Positions 25,739 to 36,283 of a stretch of 64,000 nt of DNA are shown here, piece after piece. The stretch is from a candidate division FCPU426 bacterium (GTDB lineage: Bacteria > Oederibacteriota > Muellerivitia > Muellerivitales > Muellerivitaceae). The stretch spans positions 1,088,001-1,152,000 of the forward strand of contig CAVRAL010000001.1 in NCBI GenBank assembly GCA_963719085.1. Reading direction: 5' to 3'. The position numbers and the translations under genes were made by a program. The notes under the pieces were generated by a model. It saw only the letters and a program-made list of their open reading frames with translations, was not told the DNA's origin and ran no database searches. The stretch's first letter is position 1. Every line of letters starts with the position of its first letter.

Positions 25739-28630
25739 TCACAGCCTTATTCCCTCGTTTTCAAACGGCCGCGTCCGCCATTTTTTTTGTTTGGGAAGCC
25801 GCAGCCTGAAACAAGTTCCCTGGCCCACTTCGGAAGTCACCGTGATGTCACCCTTTTGCAGCTGCATGAAATTTTTCGCGATGAAAAGCCCCAACCCGGC
25901 CCCGGCGCGGGCCGCTTCTTTGCCCAAAACCCGGCTGCGGGTGAAAAGCCGTCCCAAGGTCTCCGTGTCCATCCCGATCCCGGTATCGCTGACCTCGAGC
26001 CAGCCCTCCTCTTCCCGGTCCTTGATTTCAAGCGTGATGGATCCTTTATCGGTGCATTTCAGGGCGTTGTTGATCAGGTTACGGACCGTCTCCACCGTCT
26101 TATCCTTATCCGCCAAAACCGTGAGCGCCCCGTCCATTCCCTTGAGCTTCAATTCCAGTCCCTTTTCCCTCGTCACCTCTTCGTAATCGCGGATGGACAG
26201 CTCTACCACTTGCCGCAGGTCGATGGGCTGCAGGTCCACCGAAATCACCCCCCGCTCGATTTTGGAGACGCTCAACAGGTCCGAGATCAGCCGGTAATTA
26301 TCCGTCCCAATGCTGCGCATATCCGAAAGGTACTCCCGTTGCTTTACGGTCAGTTCGCCCGCCAAGCCTTCCAGCATGTTCTCGATATACCCGTTGATCT
26401 CCGCCACCGGTGTTTTCAATTGATGCGACACCACGGAGATGAGCTCATTTTTCATCTCGGCGATTTGCTTGATCTCATTGATGTTTTCCACCACGGACAA
26501 ACGGTAGAGGGGCTTTCCCTCGGTGTCTAACACGGTCGAGGCGGTCTCCTTGCACCAAACGCTTTTCCCATCCCGGGTCAGGTAGCGTTTCTCAATCTGG
26601 TAGCTGGGGATGAGTCCATCGAACAATTTATTGGCCATTTCCCGGTCGACCTTCACGTCCTCGGCTTCCGAATGCCCGTAAAAGGGCTGGTGGATCAATT
26701 CTTTTTTCCGGTAGCCCAACATCTGGCAAAAAGCCTGGTTCACGTTGATCCATTCCCGGTCGCGGTTGGTCAGGGTCATGCCGATGGGCCCTTCCTCGAA
26801 AAGATTCCGGAACATTTCTTCCCGTTCCTGGAGGATGTTTTCCGCCTGACGCCGGTCCGAAATATCCCGCAGGATGCGGGTATGGAAAACGCCCCCTTTG
26901 GTTTCCCAGGACGAGGACGAGATTTCCAGCGGAAACTCGCCCAGATCTTTTCGCCGCCCCACCAATTCCATCCGGGAGGCTTCCAAAGGACGGCCCCAGT
27001 CATCCCGGTAAAGCCGGTTGAGCCGCTCGGGCAAAAGCACCACAAAGGGCTTCCCCAGGATTTCCTCCGGGCGATAGCCAAAAATCTTTTCCGCGCTGTG
27101 GTTGAAGTACCGAATATCCCCGTGGGCGTCGCATAACACGATTCCTTCGGTGGCGGTTTCGGTCACAGCCTTGAATTTTTCCACGTTGTCGGCCAGTTCC
27201 TTTTCCGCCCTTTGCCGCTCGCCGATATCCACCAGGGCCGCCACGGCGAACTTCACTTTTCCGTTCACGTCCAAAATAGGCGAGCCCCACATTTGAAGCG
27301 CGGTTTCATTTTCCGGGAGCCGCACGATCAAATCCTCAACGTTAGATTTCTCGCCCCGCAAAGCCCTCAAGAGCGGCATCCGTTCCGCGGGATAAGCCGC
27401 TCCCCCCTGGGCTTCCTGGAAGCGGTAAGCCTTCGAAAGGGTCTCGGGGGAAACCTCCCGCAAAACCCCCTGGCCCAGGATTTGTTTGGCTGTTTGGTTC
27501 GCGTAATAAGGTTTTCCCATGGCATCCAAGACAAAAATCCCGACGGGCACTACTTCCAGAAACTGAAACAATCGGTGCTCATTGTCCATCAGGGTACGGA
27601 TAAAAAATTTCCGGTCGCTGATGTCCCGGGCGATGAGCGTGAAATAACCGCCGTCACGGTTTTCCCGGGTTGCCAAATTGATTTCCACCGGTATTTTCAC
27701 CCCATCCTTGCGGAGCATCTCGGCTTCCAGGAATTTCTCACCCTCCGCCGGGTCATCCTTGAAGAAAAAACCGTCGAGCGCCGCCGCGCCCACCCGCTCC
27801 AAAAACCCCGGTGAAATTAAAAAATAAATGTTTTGGCCCAGGAGCTCCTCCCGGGAATATCCGAACATCGCCTCGGCCGCGGGGTTTACGGCGGTCAGGA
27901 CCCCATCCCGGCCAAAGGTGAGGAATGGGTCATTGGACGTCTCGGCCAAAGTCTTGAATTTTTGCTCGCTGGAGACCAGCCGGTTATGGGCGATCCGGCG
28001 CTGGCGGATTTGACGCAGCGTGAAATAAGCCGCCAACAGGCACACCAGGCCTAAGACCGCCCCCCCGACCAAAATCACATCCAGGTTGCGCCGGCTTCCA
28101 ATCGCCTCTTCGGACCTGTGGATTTTCAAGGACCAGGCTTCCAGGCGGCTGAGGTCTTGAATGAGACCCTGAATTTCGCCGTTCGTTTTTTTGAACGCCG
28201 AACCCTGCACATCCCCCACCGCCAGTTCCCATTTCCCCGCCTGGGCCCAGCGGAGGCCCCGCTCGACGCCGGAAATTTGGGCGGCCACCAAATTATCCAA
28301 CAGGTCCAAACTGGTCACCGGCAGGGGATCTTCCTCAACCGACTCCCGTAAATTCCGGGTGTCCTGATCCACGCGGCTCATTTCCCGGCTCAAGGGGCCC
28401 AAAATTTTGGCGTCCCGGGTCAACAGATACCGGGTGTAATCCACCTCAATTTGCTTCAAGTCCAATTGGATTTTTTGGAATCCCTGAATCACGCGAAACG
28501 CGTGATCCGCCCATTCGGCGCCGTTCTCCAGCTGGCGGATGCCGCTGTAGCCCGAGACAAAGATCAGCGCCGCCCCTAAAAGGACGCCGGCCGCCCCAAT
28601 CTTCAGCCACTTCCTGAAAGGGGATCTCAT
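25739..28630 (-). CDS. Membrane sensor histidine kinase: CHASE3-like, 4 PAS, HisKA, HATPase
   Basis: Two TMs around a WADH...YLLT periplasmic domain, four PAS/PAC units, H-box SHQLKTP, N-box NLINNALK, DTGIG and GAGLGL. Confidence 0.92.
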   Translation of the reverse strand: MRSPFRKWLKIGAAGVLLGAALIFVSGYSGIRQLENGAEWADHAFRVIQGFQKIQLDLKQIEVDYTRYLLTRDAKILGPLSREMSRVDQDTRNLRESVEEDPLPVTSLDLLDNLVAAQISGVERGLRWAQAGKWELAVGDVQGSAFKKTNGEIQGLIQDLSRLEAWSLKIHRSEEAIGSRRNLDVILVGGAVLGLVCLLAAYFTLRQIRQRRIAHNRLVSSEQKFKTLAETSNDPFLTFGRDGVLTAVNPAAEAMFGYSREELLGQNIYFLISPGFLERVGAAALDGFFFKDDPAEGEKFLEAEMLRKDGVKIPVEINLATRENRDGGYFTLIARDISDRKFFIRTLMDNEHRLFQFLEVVPVGIFVLDAMGKPYYANQTAKQILGQGVLREVSPETLSKAYRFQEAQGGAAYPAERMPLLRALRGEKSNVEDLIVRLPENETALQMWGSPILDVNGKVKFAVAALVDIGERQRAEKELADNVEKFKAVTETATEGIVLCDAHGDIRYFNHSAEKIFGYRPEEILGKPFVVLLPERLNRLYRDDWGRPLEASRMELVGRRKDLGEFPLEISSSSWETKGGVFHTRILRDISDRRQAENILQEREEMFRNLFEEGPIGMTLTNRDREWINVNQAFCQMLGYRKKELIHQPFYGHSEAEDVKVDREMANKLFDGLIPSYQIEKRYLTRDGKSVWCKETASTVLDTEGKPLYRLSVVENINEIKQIAEMKNELISVVSHQLKTPVAEINGYIENMLEGLAGELTVKQREYLSDMRSIGTDNYRLISDLLSVSKIERGVISVDLQPIDLRQVVELSIRDYEEVTREKGLELKLKGMDGALTVLADKDKTVETVRNLINNALKCTDKGSITLEIKDREEEGWLEVSDTGIGMDTETLGRLFTRSRVLGKEAARAGAGLGLFIAKNFMQLQKGDITVTSEVGQGTCFRLRLPKQKKWRTRPFENEGIRL

Positions 28631-28673
28631 GAGGCCGTTTTCCCGCCCAAATGAATGATTGAAACTTTCACGC

Positions 28674-29126
28674 TCAGTCCACCTTCAGCAAGGTCAGCTG
28701 TAAGGGCTGGCCCTGACTTTGGAAATGAAACAAGCCGAGGATGTCGCCGGCCGGGAATCGCGGTTCCCGGTCCGGCTCGGAAACGGCGGGCATGGAAAGA
28801 AAATGGTATTTGGTCATCATGCCTTTTAAATTCCCCCCCAGGATATTCACGATTTCTTTCAATCCGTCCCGGATTTGGTCCGGGACGACTTCCTCAATCG
28901 GGCACTGAAACATGGCGGCGGCGGCTTTTCGCGCCAGAATATCCGGGCACCTTAGGATCACCGTGATGTTCTGGCTGCCGATCACCCGGACCCAGGCCGT
29001 ATAGACGCCCGCGAGCGCCTCTTCCCCGGCCGAAACGGCGGGCGCGATTTCCATCTCCAACATCGACCCCCAAATGTCGCTCACCAGCTTGGGGACGCTG
29101 TCCATCCGGATTTCGGTCGTTTCCAT
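28674..29126 (-). CDS. cheX: CheX-family chemotaxis phosphatase
   Basis: DGLKEIVNILGGNLK (ExxN motif), SMP, ~150 aa, located in the che operon. ATG 29126. Confidence 0.85.
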   Translation of the reverse strand: METTEIRMDSVPKLVSDIWGSMLEMEIAPAVSAGEEALAGVYTAWVRVIGSQNITVILRCPDILARKAAAAMFQCPIEEVVPDQIRDGLKEIVNILGGNLKGMMTKYHFLSMPAVSEPDREPRFPAGDILGLFHFQSQGQPLQLTLLKVD

Positions 29127-29128
29127 GC

Positions 29129-29962
29129 TCAACCTCTTTCACTTTTCAACTTATAACCGGTGATGGTTTTACCAAATGTCTCGCCCTGGAAACCGCTGTC
29201 CAGAAACAAGGTGCTCTCCGAGGAGCCCAGAAAAAGGGTCCCCTCCGGCCGCAATAACCGCCGCAATTCCAAAAAAATCTTTTCCTTCATCTCATCGTCG
29301 AAATAAATCAACACGTTCCTCAACAACAATAAATCAACCGGACCCGCTTCCAGCCTCAGGTCCTTCAAATTGCTTTCTTTGAACTGGATGAGCGCCCGCA
29401 CTTCATCGTTCACTTGCCAATCACCCTCGAGGCGGTGGAAATATTTCGCCAAATATTCCGCGGACAACCCCCGGCGGATCTCGACGGGGTTATAACGGCC
29501 CTGCCGGGCCCGTTCCAAAATGGCCCGGGAAAAATCACTCCCCGTCAGCCTCAAATCCCAGTTCAAAAGAAACGGGAATTTTTCCTTAATCAATAGGGCC
29601 AAACTATAGATTTCTTGGCCGCTGGAACAGCCCATCGACCACAGGACCAAGCGCTTTTCCTTTTCGCGCGCCGCCACCAAGTCCGGAATCACCTTTTGTT
29701 CCAGCAGCTCAAACAAAGCCGGATCCCTGAAAAAATAGGTCTCGGCCGGGATCAAGGCTTCCACGACCTTGCGGGCCAAGGGCCCCCGGGAGTCCTGCGG
29801 CAGTTGGGCCATCAACTGGGCCAGGCTCTCAAATCCCCAGCCTTCCAAGGCCGGTTCCAGGGAAGAGGCGATCAAATATTCCTTGTCCTTGTCCAACAGG
29901 ACCCCGCAATGTTCCTGAACCAGGCGCCGCAAAAAATCAAAATAAAGGGTCGTGGCGGTCAT
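29129..29962 (-). CDS. cheR: Chemotaxis methyltransferase CheR
   Basis: ETYFFRD, WSMGCSSGQEIYS, RNVLIYFD and LFLGSSE motifs. Confidence 0.95.
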   Translation of the reverse strand: MTATTLYFDFLRRLVQEHCGVLLDKDKEYLIASSLEPALEGWGFESLAQLMAQLPQDSRGPLARKVVEALIPAETYFFRDPALFELLEQKVIPDLVAAREKEKRLVLWSMGCSSGQEIYSLALLIKEKFPFLLNWDLRLTGSDFSRAILERARQGRYNPVEIRRGLSAEYLAKYFHRLEGDWQVNDEVRALIQFKESNLKDLRLEAGPVDLLLLRNVLIYFDDEMKEKIFLELRRLLRPEGTLFLGSSESTLFLDSGFQGETFGKTITGYKLKSERG

Positions 29963-31095
29963 AGCGACATCCCCTCTTTTCGCGGCCGCGAAAAAGGCGA
30001 AGCGGAAAAATCCGCGCGTTCATACCGCGCCCGTCGAATAATTTCGGGTCCCATCTCCTGCAGGGGCAGCACCTTTTCGGCCAGTCCCGCCCGGACCACT
30101 TCCCCGGGCATCCCCCAGACCACGCTGCTGGCCTCATCCTGGGCCAGGACCTGACCGCCCCTTTCCACGATCTGTTCGGCCCCCTTGAGCCCGTCTTGTC
30201 CCATGCCGGTTAATAAAACCGCCAGCACATTGGGCCCATAAACCGCGGCCGCCGATTGGAACAACACGTCCACGCTGGGCCGGCAGGAATTAAAGAAAGG
30301 CCCCTGAAAAGTCCAAGCCTGGGGCCCCTCGCCCGAAAGCCGAACCGCCAGGTGATAATCCCCCGGCGCCAAGCGGACCATGCCGGGCCTTAAGACCTCG
30401 GACACCATGGCTTCCCGGACTTCTAAAACCGATTTATCCGTTAATCGCTCAGCCAGGGTCCCCGTGAAAACCGGCGGCATATGCTGGACGATCAAGACCG
30501 GCACGGGAAAATCCGCCGGAAGGGACGGAAGCAGGGCGGCCAGGGCGCTGGGGCCCCCGGTGGACACCCCCACCACCACCAAGTCCACCCGCTGGGGTTT
30601 AATTTTGGGGTTCTTCACGCGGGCCCGCGCGGGCCCGGGAAACAACGGCAAGGTTTCCATCCCCGGCTCAAGACTTGGCGGCTTGGGCATTTTTTCCGCC
30701 AAGGCCCGGATTTTGGGGATCAAATCCTCTTTCACCCGCTGGATGGATTCCTCCAGGAATCCCGAGGAGGGTTTTTCCAAATAGTCCTGCGCCCCCAAAA
30801 GCAAAGCGTCGATGGTGGCCTCCGCGCCTTTACGGGTAAAACTGCTGAACATGATGACCGGCAAATCGGGATACAGCCTCCGCGTCTGGCGCAGGGTTTC
30901 CAGGCCGTTCAGGTTCGGCATCTCCACGTCCAGGATCAACAAGTCCGGATTGCATTGGGGGATTTTAGCCAAGGCGATCCCGCCGTCGGGAGCGGTCCCG
31001 ATCACTTCCATATCCGGCTCGTCCGAAAGGACGTGGGCCAGCATTCTTCGAATGACCACCGAATCGTCCGCCACGAGAATTTTGATTCGTCCCAT
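29959..31095 (-). CDS. cheB: Chemotaxis methylesterase CheB (REC plus esterase)
   Basis: REC motifs (ADDS, LDVEMP) and esterase motifs GVSTGGP, VQHMP, RPSVDVLF, LTGMGQDG, SVVWGMP. ATG 31095. Confidence 0.96.
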   Translation of the reverse strand: MGRIKILVADDSVVIRRMLAHVLSDEPDMEVIGTAPDGGIALAKIPQCNPDLLILDVEMPNLNGLETLRQTRRLYPDLPVIMFSSFTRKGAEATIDALLLGAQDYLEKPSSGFLEESIQRVKEDLIPKIRALAEKMPKPPSLEPGMETLPLFPGPARARVKNPKIKPQRVDLVVVGVSTGGPSALAALLPSLPADFPVPVLIVQHMPPVFTGTLAERLTDKSVLEVREAMVSEVLRPGMVRLAPGDYHLAVRLSGEGPQAWTFQGPFFNSCRPSVDVLFQSAAAVYGPNVLAVLLTGMGQDGLKGAEQIVERGGQVLAQDEASSVVWGMPGEVVRAGLAEKVLPLQEMGPEIIRRARYERADFSASPFSRPRKEGMSL

Positions 31096-31097
31096 GT

Positions 31098-31469
31098 TCA
31101 AATCCTTGGAAAACCTAAAAGCCCCAATTTTTCAGCCAATGATTCTTTGTTAAACGGCTTGGCGATATACTCATCCGCCCCGGCCTCTTCCATCCGCGAC
31201 ACACCCTCCGCCTGGGTCTCGCTGCTGACCACCACCAGTTTGACCTGGTCATACTCGGGTTTGGATCGCACCGACTTCACGAAATCGTATCCGTTCATTT
31301 CCGGCATGTTCCAATCCACCAAGACCAGCTCGGGCCTGGGCTCCTGGCCCAAAGCGTCCAATCCAGTCAAGCCGTTGTCGGCCTCCGAAACCCCGAACCC
31401 CATCTCCAAGAGCAGTTTTTTCAGGATCATGCGCATGGCCCTGGAATCGTCAATGATAAGCGCTTGCAT
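31098..31469 (-). CDS. cheY: Single-domain response regulator CheY
   Basis: IDDS, VDWNMP and YIAKPF motifs, 123 aa, GGAGG RBS. Confidence 0.93.
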   Translation of the reverse strand: MQALIIDDSRAMRMILKKLLLEMGFGVSEADNGLTGLDALGQEPRPELVLVDWNMPEMNGYDFVKSVRSKPEYDQVKLVVVSSETQAEGVSRMEEAGADEYIAKPFNKESLAEKLGLLGFPRI

Positions 31470-31490
31470 AAAACCTCCTTCTCTTAACCT

Positions 31491-33020
31491 CTAATACTTG
31501 AACTGCCCTAACAGCTTTTGAAGCTCCCCCGCCGTGCGGACCAAGTCTTTGGCCGCCGCGCGCGCGTCATTGGCCCCCTTGGAAGTGCCGCCCGTGGCCA
31601 GGGCCACGCCCGAAATGCTGGCCGCGATCTCCGAGCTTCCCTTGGCCGCCTGCGTGATATTGCGCCCAATCTCGTTGGTGGTGGCGGTTTGTTCCTCCAC
31701 CGCGCTGGCGATGGTGTTCGAAATATCGTTCACCTGGTTGATGATCTCGGTGATTTTTCCGATGGCGGTCACCGAGGCCTGGGTATTGCCTTGGATGGCC
31801 TCGATTTTGCGGCTGATATCCTCGGTGGCCCTCGCCGTTTCCCGGGCCAATTCCTTGATCTCGTTGGCCACCACGGCGAAACCCCGGCCCGCGTCCCCGG
31901 CCCGCGCGGCCTCAATGGTGGCGTTCAACGCCAAAAGATTGGTTTGCTCGGCGATCGAGGTGATGACCTTGATCACCTGGCCGATCTCGGCCCCGCTCTT
32001 GCCCAATTGGGTCACGTGCTGGTTGGTATCCCGGGCTGTCTTCACGGCGGTTGTGGCGATTTGCGCCGCTTGGTTGGCGGACACCGCGATTTCTTTGATG
32101 CTGTGGGCCATGCCATCGGTGGCCGTCGCCACCATTTGAAGGTTCTGGCTGACTTGCGCGGCGCCCACCGAAACCACATTGGCCTGGGTGGAAGTTTCCT
32201 GGGTGCTGGCGCTCATCAGCACGGAAGTCTCCGAAAGTTGCTCGGAGGCGCTCGTCAGGCTTTGGATATTGCCGCCGATCCCCCGCACCATCCCCTGCAG
32301 CCTTTCGGTAAAAGTGTTGAACGCCCCCGCCAATTCGGCCAACTCATCCCGGCCCGCCACTTCCAGCCGTTTGGTCAAGTCCCCCTCGCCGCGGGCGATA
32401 TCCTTCAATCCGTCCAAAACCAGGCGCAAGGGCTGGGTGACATGCCGCTGTAAGCGGGCCGCCACGAGGAAGGAAACCAAAAAAGACAAAAGACACACCA
32501 CCACCGTCAGCAGGGTGTAGGCCTGGAGCCGGGTCTGCATTTCTTTGAGGTCCGAAACCAGGTAAAGCGTCCCCACCCGGTCGTTTCCGGAAAAAATATC
32601 GTGGGTCAAGGCCACTTGGCCGTTGGAAAAATCAACGCTGTCGGCGTCGGCCCGGTCATTTTCCCGGCCCGGCGGCCGGGGGTTGAAAGAAACCGGATCA
32701 GCCGCCTGGGAGCGGTAGCTGGCGAAAGGCTCGCCAGCCGCGCCATAAAGGGCGGCCACCTGGATATGGGGGTTGGCCTTCAAGTTGTCGACCAGCTCTT
32801 GGGCGGTTTTGGGGTCATTAAAGCTCAGCGAGGCCGTGCAGGCATCCCCGATAATTTGGCCCAGGTTGGTCACGTTTTGGGCCATCACCTTGGGAAAAGA
32901 AATCCTCTCGTTCAGGATGAAAAGGCCGCAGGCCAAGATCAGCGAAATCGAGCTGGCGATGGACGCGATGGCCGTCACCTTGTGCCTCAAGGGTATATTT
33001 TTGAAGTCGATAAAAGGCAT
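31491..33020 (-). CDS. Methyl-accepting chemoreceptor: TM, CHASE8/YfiN-like periplasmic sensor, TM, HAMP, MCP signal domain
   Basis: Own GGAGAG RBS and ATG at 33020. Periplasmic [13 protein letters not shown]...[25 protein letters not shown] ([15 protein letters not shown]), hairpin tip [27 protein letters not shown]. Confidence 0.9.
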   Translation of the reverse strand: MPFIDFKNIPLRHKVTAIASIASSISLILACGLFILNERISFPKVMAQNVTNLGQIIGDACTASLSFNDPKTAQELVDNLKANPHIQVAALYGAAGEPFASYRSQAADPVSFNPRPPGRENDRADADSVDFSNGQVALTHDIFSGNDRVGTLYLVSDLKEMQTRLQAYTLLTVVVCLLSFLVSFLVAARLQRHVTQPLRLVLDGLKDIARGEGDLTKRLEVAGRDELAELAGAFNTFTERLQGMVRGIGGNIQSLTSASEQLSETSVLMSASTQETSTQANVVSVGAAQVSQNLQMVATATDGMAHSIKEIAVSANQAAQIATTAVKTARDTNQHVTQLGKSGAEIGQVIKVITSIAEQTNLLALNATIEAARAGDAGRGFAVVANEIKELARETARATEDISRKIEAIQGNTQASVTAIGKITEIINQVNDISNTIASAVEEQTATTNEIGRNITQAAKGSSEIAASISGVALATGGTSKGANDARAAAKDLVRTAGELQKLLGQFKY

Positions 33021-33022
33021 GG

Positions 33023-33596
33023 TCACTCTCCGGTATAAATTTTGGAAACCTGCAGCAGACTGCGCGCTCAAGGTAAGGCCCGCCTTCGTCGCGGGTCCCG
33101 GGTTGATCCCCAGCGTGATGCGGTCCCCTTCCTGGTCAAACAAAATCATGCCGCCCTTGGCCGGGAACCTCTCAATTTCGGACACCGTGAGGACCGGCGC
33201 GCCCTGGAGCGCGGTAAAAATCTCGGGCAGGCGGTCTTTTTCGGAATAGCAGATGAAAAGAATTTGGCATTTTCGGATCGAGGCGGTTTGGGAGTCCTCA
33301 AACCCGTCAAACCGCTTGATCGTGATGGAGCGGCCATCCACCATTTTCCCGTCGACCGCCTGTTCCAAAAGCGTTCCAAAGGGATCGTTTCCCAAAATGC
33401 CGATGGTGAATATCATCGACTTCCCGCCGAACGCCTTGTCGGGCCATTGGACGAACTTGGCGAAGTTGTAGAGATAAGCCGCCTTCACCGTGTACTCATT
33501 GACGTCTTGGGCGGCCGCCCGCGAGGCCGCTCCGGCGGACAAAAGCCAAACCGCGGCGGCCAACAGCCTTTTTATTTTTTTGAGGGGATTTTCCAT
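33023..33596 (-). CDS. yfiR: YfiR/HmsC (DUF4154) family periplasmic protein; as sequenced it carries a +1 frameshift at 33059 and reads through into the MCP
   Basis: Signal peptide, [31 protein letters not shown] and GGMI motifs. Removing base 33059 gives the family-like end [15 protein letters not shown] at 33023. Confidence 0.85.
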
Positions 33597-33600
33597 GGGC

Positions 33601-35673
33601 TTAATACCGGACCGTGACTTGGCCGTAAACCGCCGGCACCGGGCTGGAACCGTTTAGGAAAGCCGAGGCTTCCTGGTGGGCGCCTTCCAAGTCCTGCCCC
33701 CATACCGAGATTTCCCAATGGTCGGCGGGCTTCCAGGTGGCGCCCAGGTCCCAGACATCATAAGGGGCCAGCACGCCCGTGAATTGTCCCGTCGGGTCGT
33801 TGATATAGGTCGCGTCCACCCAGTAAAAAGTGGTGTTGAATTGCCATTCGGAAGTCGCGTTCCAACTCAAGCGGCCATCCACGATGTTATGGGGAGGCGG
33901 GTCCCCGTTGAAAATATTGGAGATGGAGTTCGAGGTCGCGTCATAGCCGTTGTAAGTGTAAGCAAGGGCGCCTTTGAGATTATTCGTGATGTCCCACTTC
34001 ACGCTGAGTTCGGCCCCGTAAATCCCTCCCCCATCCACATTGTCCACCAACAGTTCCGCCCCGTAAAAACCGCCGTAGGGAGTCGGCGGATAGCTGGGCC
34101 CGCTATTGACGACAAAATCTTCCCCGATGGTCCGGTAATAGCGGTCATAAAAACCGGCCAAGTCCAAGGACAATTGGGGGGTCCAGCTGGTGCGGAAACC
34201 CAATTCATAAGCCACCACGTCTTCCACCTGCAAATTAGGGTTGCCCACAATGGCGGTGTAAAAAGTGGTGGGGCCCGGAGCCACCTGGCCGTTGAGAAAA
34301 TCGACGATGCCTTCCTCAGCCCGGCTGGGGACCCGCACCGTGCGGGATACGGCCGCCCAGACGCTGTTGGTTTTGTCCGGGGTCCAAAGCAGGCGCCCGG
34401 AGGGCTGCCACTCGTCGCCGGTGTAGGGGTTGTTTTCCAATTTGGCTCCGGCGGTCAGGAAAAAACGGTTCTGCTCCAAGGTCAGTTTGTCCTGCAAAAA
34501 ACCGCCATAGGTATTCAAAGACGCTTTTTCCGGAATGTACAAAGTCCCGCCCGGAAGCCCGTAATCGTCCGAAACGTTGCGGAACTCCAAGCCCCAGGTG
34601 ATCTCGTTCCAATCGTTGAGTTGGAAGCGGTGTTGGAACTCGGCGTCGACGGTGTTCAGCGCGGTCTGCCGGCCCGTTTCCGCCTGCATGTTGACCTGGT
34701 CGTAGTAAAGGTTCAATTGACTTTCCGAGCTGTCGGAAAAGGTATGGGTCCAATTGCCCAGGACATGGTCGTCCCGGTCCACCGTATCGGCGACTTCCTC
34801 AGGCGAAGTTTGGAGCGTGAATGGGTCGAAGGTGGTCCCGGGCAAGTAAAGGTTCGCCAATTGGTAATCCGCCTGGAGGGTGACCAGGTCCTTTTCCTCG
34901 TGCCAATCCAACCGCGTGCCCAACTGCTGGGCGGTCCAATTATCATCGCCATTTTTGTTCAAGCCGTCCGAATCGGAAAAGGGCCCTTGATTGAGCGTCT
35001 TGCCATAGACCCGGTAAAAAAGGTCATCCCCGATCTTGCCCCCGTAGCGGATGGCGCCCATGTTGCTGGCGCCGCTGCCGGTCAGGCTGGTGGCGTAGAA
35101 GCCCTGCGTGATCTTGGAATCCTTGGTGATGATGTTGATGATGCCGTTCACGGCGTTGGAGCCCCACAGGGTCCCCCCGGGGCCGCGGATCACCTCGATG
35201 CGGTCGATATCCTCCAGCGGAATGTCCAATTCATCCCAATTGACCCCGCCGAAGGTGCTTTGGTAAACGCTGCGGCCGTCGACCAGGACCAGCATCTTAT
35301 TGTTATAGAGGGAGTTGAATCCCCGGGCGGTGATGGACCATTGGCTGGCGTCCACCCGGGAAACCTGAAGGCCCGGCACCATGCGGAAAAGATCGGCCAG
35401 GTGCTGGGATCCGCTTTCGCGGATGTCCTCGGAGGTGATGACGTAAAGGGCCGAAGTCGCGTCCCGGAGGGACTCCGCTTTTTTGGCCGAGGAAGTCACT
35501 TGGACATCCAGCCCCGCCAGGTTTTCCAGGCTCATCTGGCTCACATCGACCGTCGGCTCGGGCGTGGCGGCCGCGTCCAATTGGGCCCGGGCGGCGACCG
35601 GCAAACTCAAAACCGCCGATAAACCCAGGACCGATAGCCACATTCCCCGCCGCGCCGCTGATTTTCCTGTCAT
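33601..35673 (-). CDS. TonB-dependent outer-membrane receptor
   Basis: Signal peptide, plug motifs ([53 protein letters not shown]), GNPNL, terminal aromatic residue (VTVRY). Confidence 0.93.
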   Translation of the reverse strand: MTGKSAARRGMWLSVLGLSAVLSLPVAARAQLDAAATPEPTVDVSQMSLENLAGLDVQVTSSAKKAESLRDATSALYVITSEDIRESGSQHLADLFRMVPGLQVSRVDASQWSITARGFNSLYNNKMLVLVDGRSVYQSTFGGVNWDELDIPLEDIDRIEVIRGPGGTLWGSNAVNGIINIITKDSKITQGFYATSLTGSGASNMGAIRYGGKIGDDLFYRVYGKTLNQGPFSDSDGLNKNGDDNWTAQQLGTRLDWHEEKDLVTLQADYQLANLYLPGTTFDPFTLQTSPEEVADTVDRDDHVLGNWTHTFSDSSESQLNLYYDQVNMQAETGRQTALNTVDAEFQHRFQLNDWNEITWGLEFRNVSDDYGLPGGTLYIPEKASLNTYGGFLQDKLTLEQNRFFLTAGAKLENNPYTGDEWQPSGRLLWTPDKTNSVWAAVSRTVRVPSRAEEGIVDFLNGQVAPGPTTFYTAIVGNPNLQVEDVVAYELGFRTSWTPQLSLDLAGFYDRYYRTIGEDFVVNSGPSYPPTPYGGFYGAELLVDNVDGGGIYGAELSVKWDITNNLKGALAYTYNGYDATSNSISNIFNGDPPPHNIVDGRLSWNATSEWQFNTTFYWVDATYINDPTGQFTGVLAPYDVWDLGATWKPADHWEISVWGQDLEGAHQEASAFLNGSSPVPAVYGQVTVRY

Positions 35674-35727
35674 TTCGTTTTTCCCTTGTCCTTAAAATTT
35701 GACCGCCACGGTTCACCCATCGGATAA

Positions 35728-35744
35728 AGCAACCCACGTGCCAA
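35728..35744 (-). promoter_or_regulatory. Sigma54 (-24/-12) promoter upstream of the TonB receptor
   Basis: Minus strand TTGGCACGTGGGTTGCT matches TGGCAC-N5-TTGC(A/T), 55 bp upstream of the start codon. Confidence 0.85.
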
Positions 35745-35794
35745 AACAAAGTCGCTCAAAAAAAGAAAAACAAAGAAACTCCCGCTCCCCAACA

Positions 35795-35827
35795 GCGTCA
35801 TTTCGACTCAGCGGGTATGGATGACCC
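35795..35827. promoter_or_regulatory. Putative enhancer (bEBP) binding site, copy 1
   Basis: GCGTCA-TTTCG-ACTC-AGC-GGGTA-TGGA-TGACCC. It starts 51 bp from the sigma54 element and matches the copy at 38516. Confidence 0.65.
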
Positions 35828-35845
35828 GGCCGGTCACCTGGAACT

Positions 35846-36283
35846 TCACTGCCAATTCCGCGTCCCCAATGTTTCCTCCACATCCAAAGCCAGCAATAGG
35901 CTGCGCTTGAGTTTGTAAGCTCCCCGGATCAGGCGTCGGGACTCCCCCGTCAGCGTCGCGGGAACCTGCTCAAAAGAGCCCGAGGGCGGCTCCAGCACAT
36001 CCCCGATCCCGTCCACCGGCAGTCCGATCCATTCCTCGCGGTCTTTCAATATGACGCAAAAGCCGGGAGAGGCCCCGCTGTCCCCTGTCAGCCCCAACCG
36101 CCCTTTCAAATCCAAAACCGTGACCACTTGGCCCCGCAGATTGACCAGCCCGGCGACCCAAGCCGGGGCCAAGGGGACCGGCGTCACGGAAAACCCGCGC
36201 AGCACTTCCTGGACCCGGCCGGTCTCAACGCCGAAAAGAAAATCCCCCACTTGGAAGGAGCAATAAGAAGTTTCAGGCGCCAA
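35846..36283 (-). CDS. cheW: Chemotaxis coupling protein CheW
   Basis: VQEVL, VTPVPLAP, GLVNLRGQVVTVLDL and VDGIGDV motifs. TTG start overlaps the cheA end. Confidence 0.94.
   Translation of the reverse strand: MAPETSYCSFQVGDFLFGVETGRVQEVLRGFSVTPVPLAPAWVAGLVNLRGQVVTVLDLKGRLGLTGDSGASPGFCVILKDREEWIGLPVDGIGDVLEPPSGSFEQVPATLTGESRRLIRGAYKLKRSLLLALDVEETLGTRNWQ

Noticed and set aside
31491..33596. Novel 701-aa YfiR-MCP fusion protein
   Set aside because: A single extra base at 33059 explains it. The natural YfiR end, its stop codon and the MCP's own RBS and ATG are all present.
33676..35622. 648-aa plus-strand ORF
   Set aside because: Antisense shadow of the TonB receptor gene in GC-rich DNA, with no recognisable motifs.
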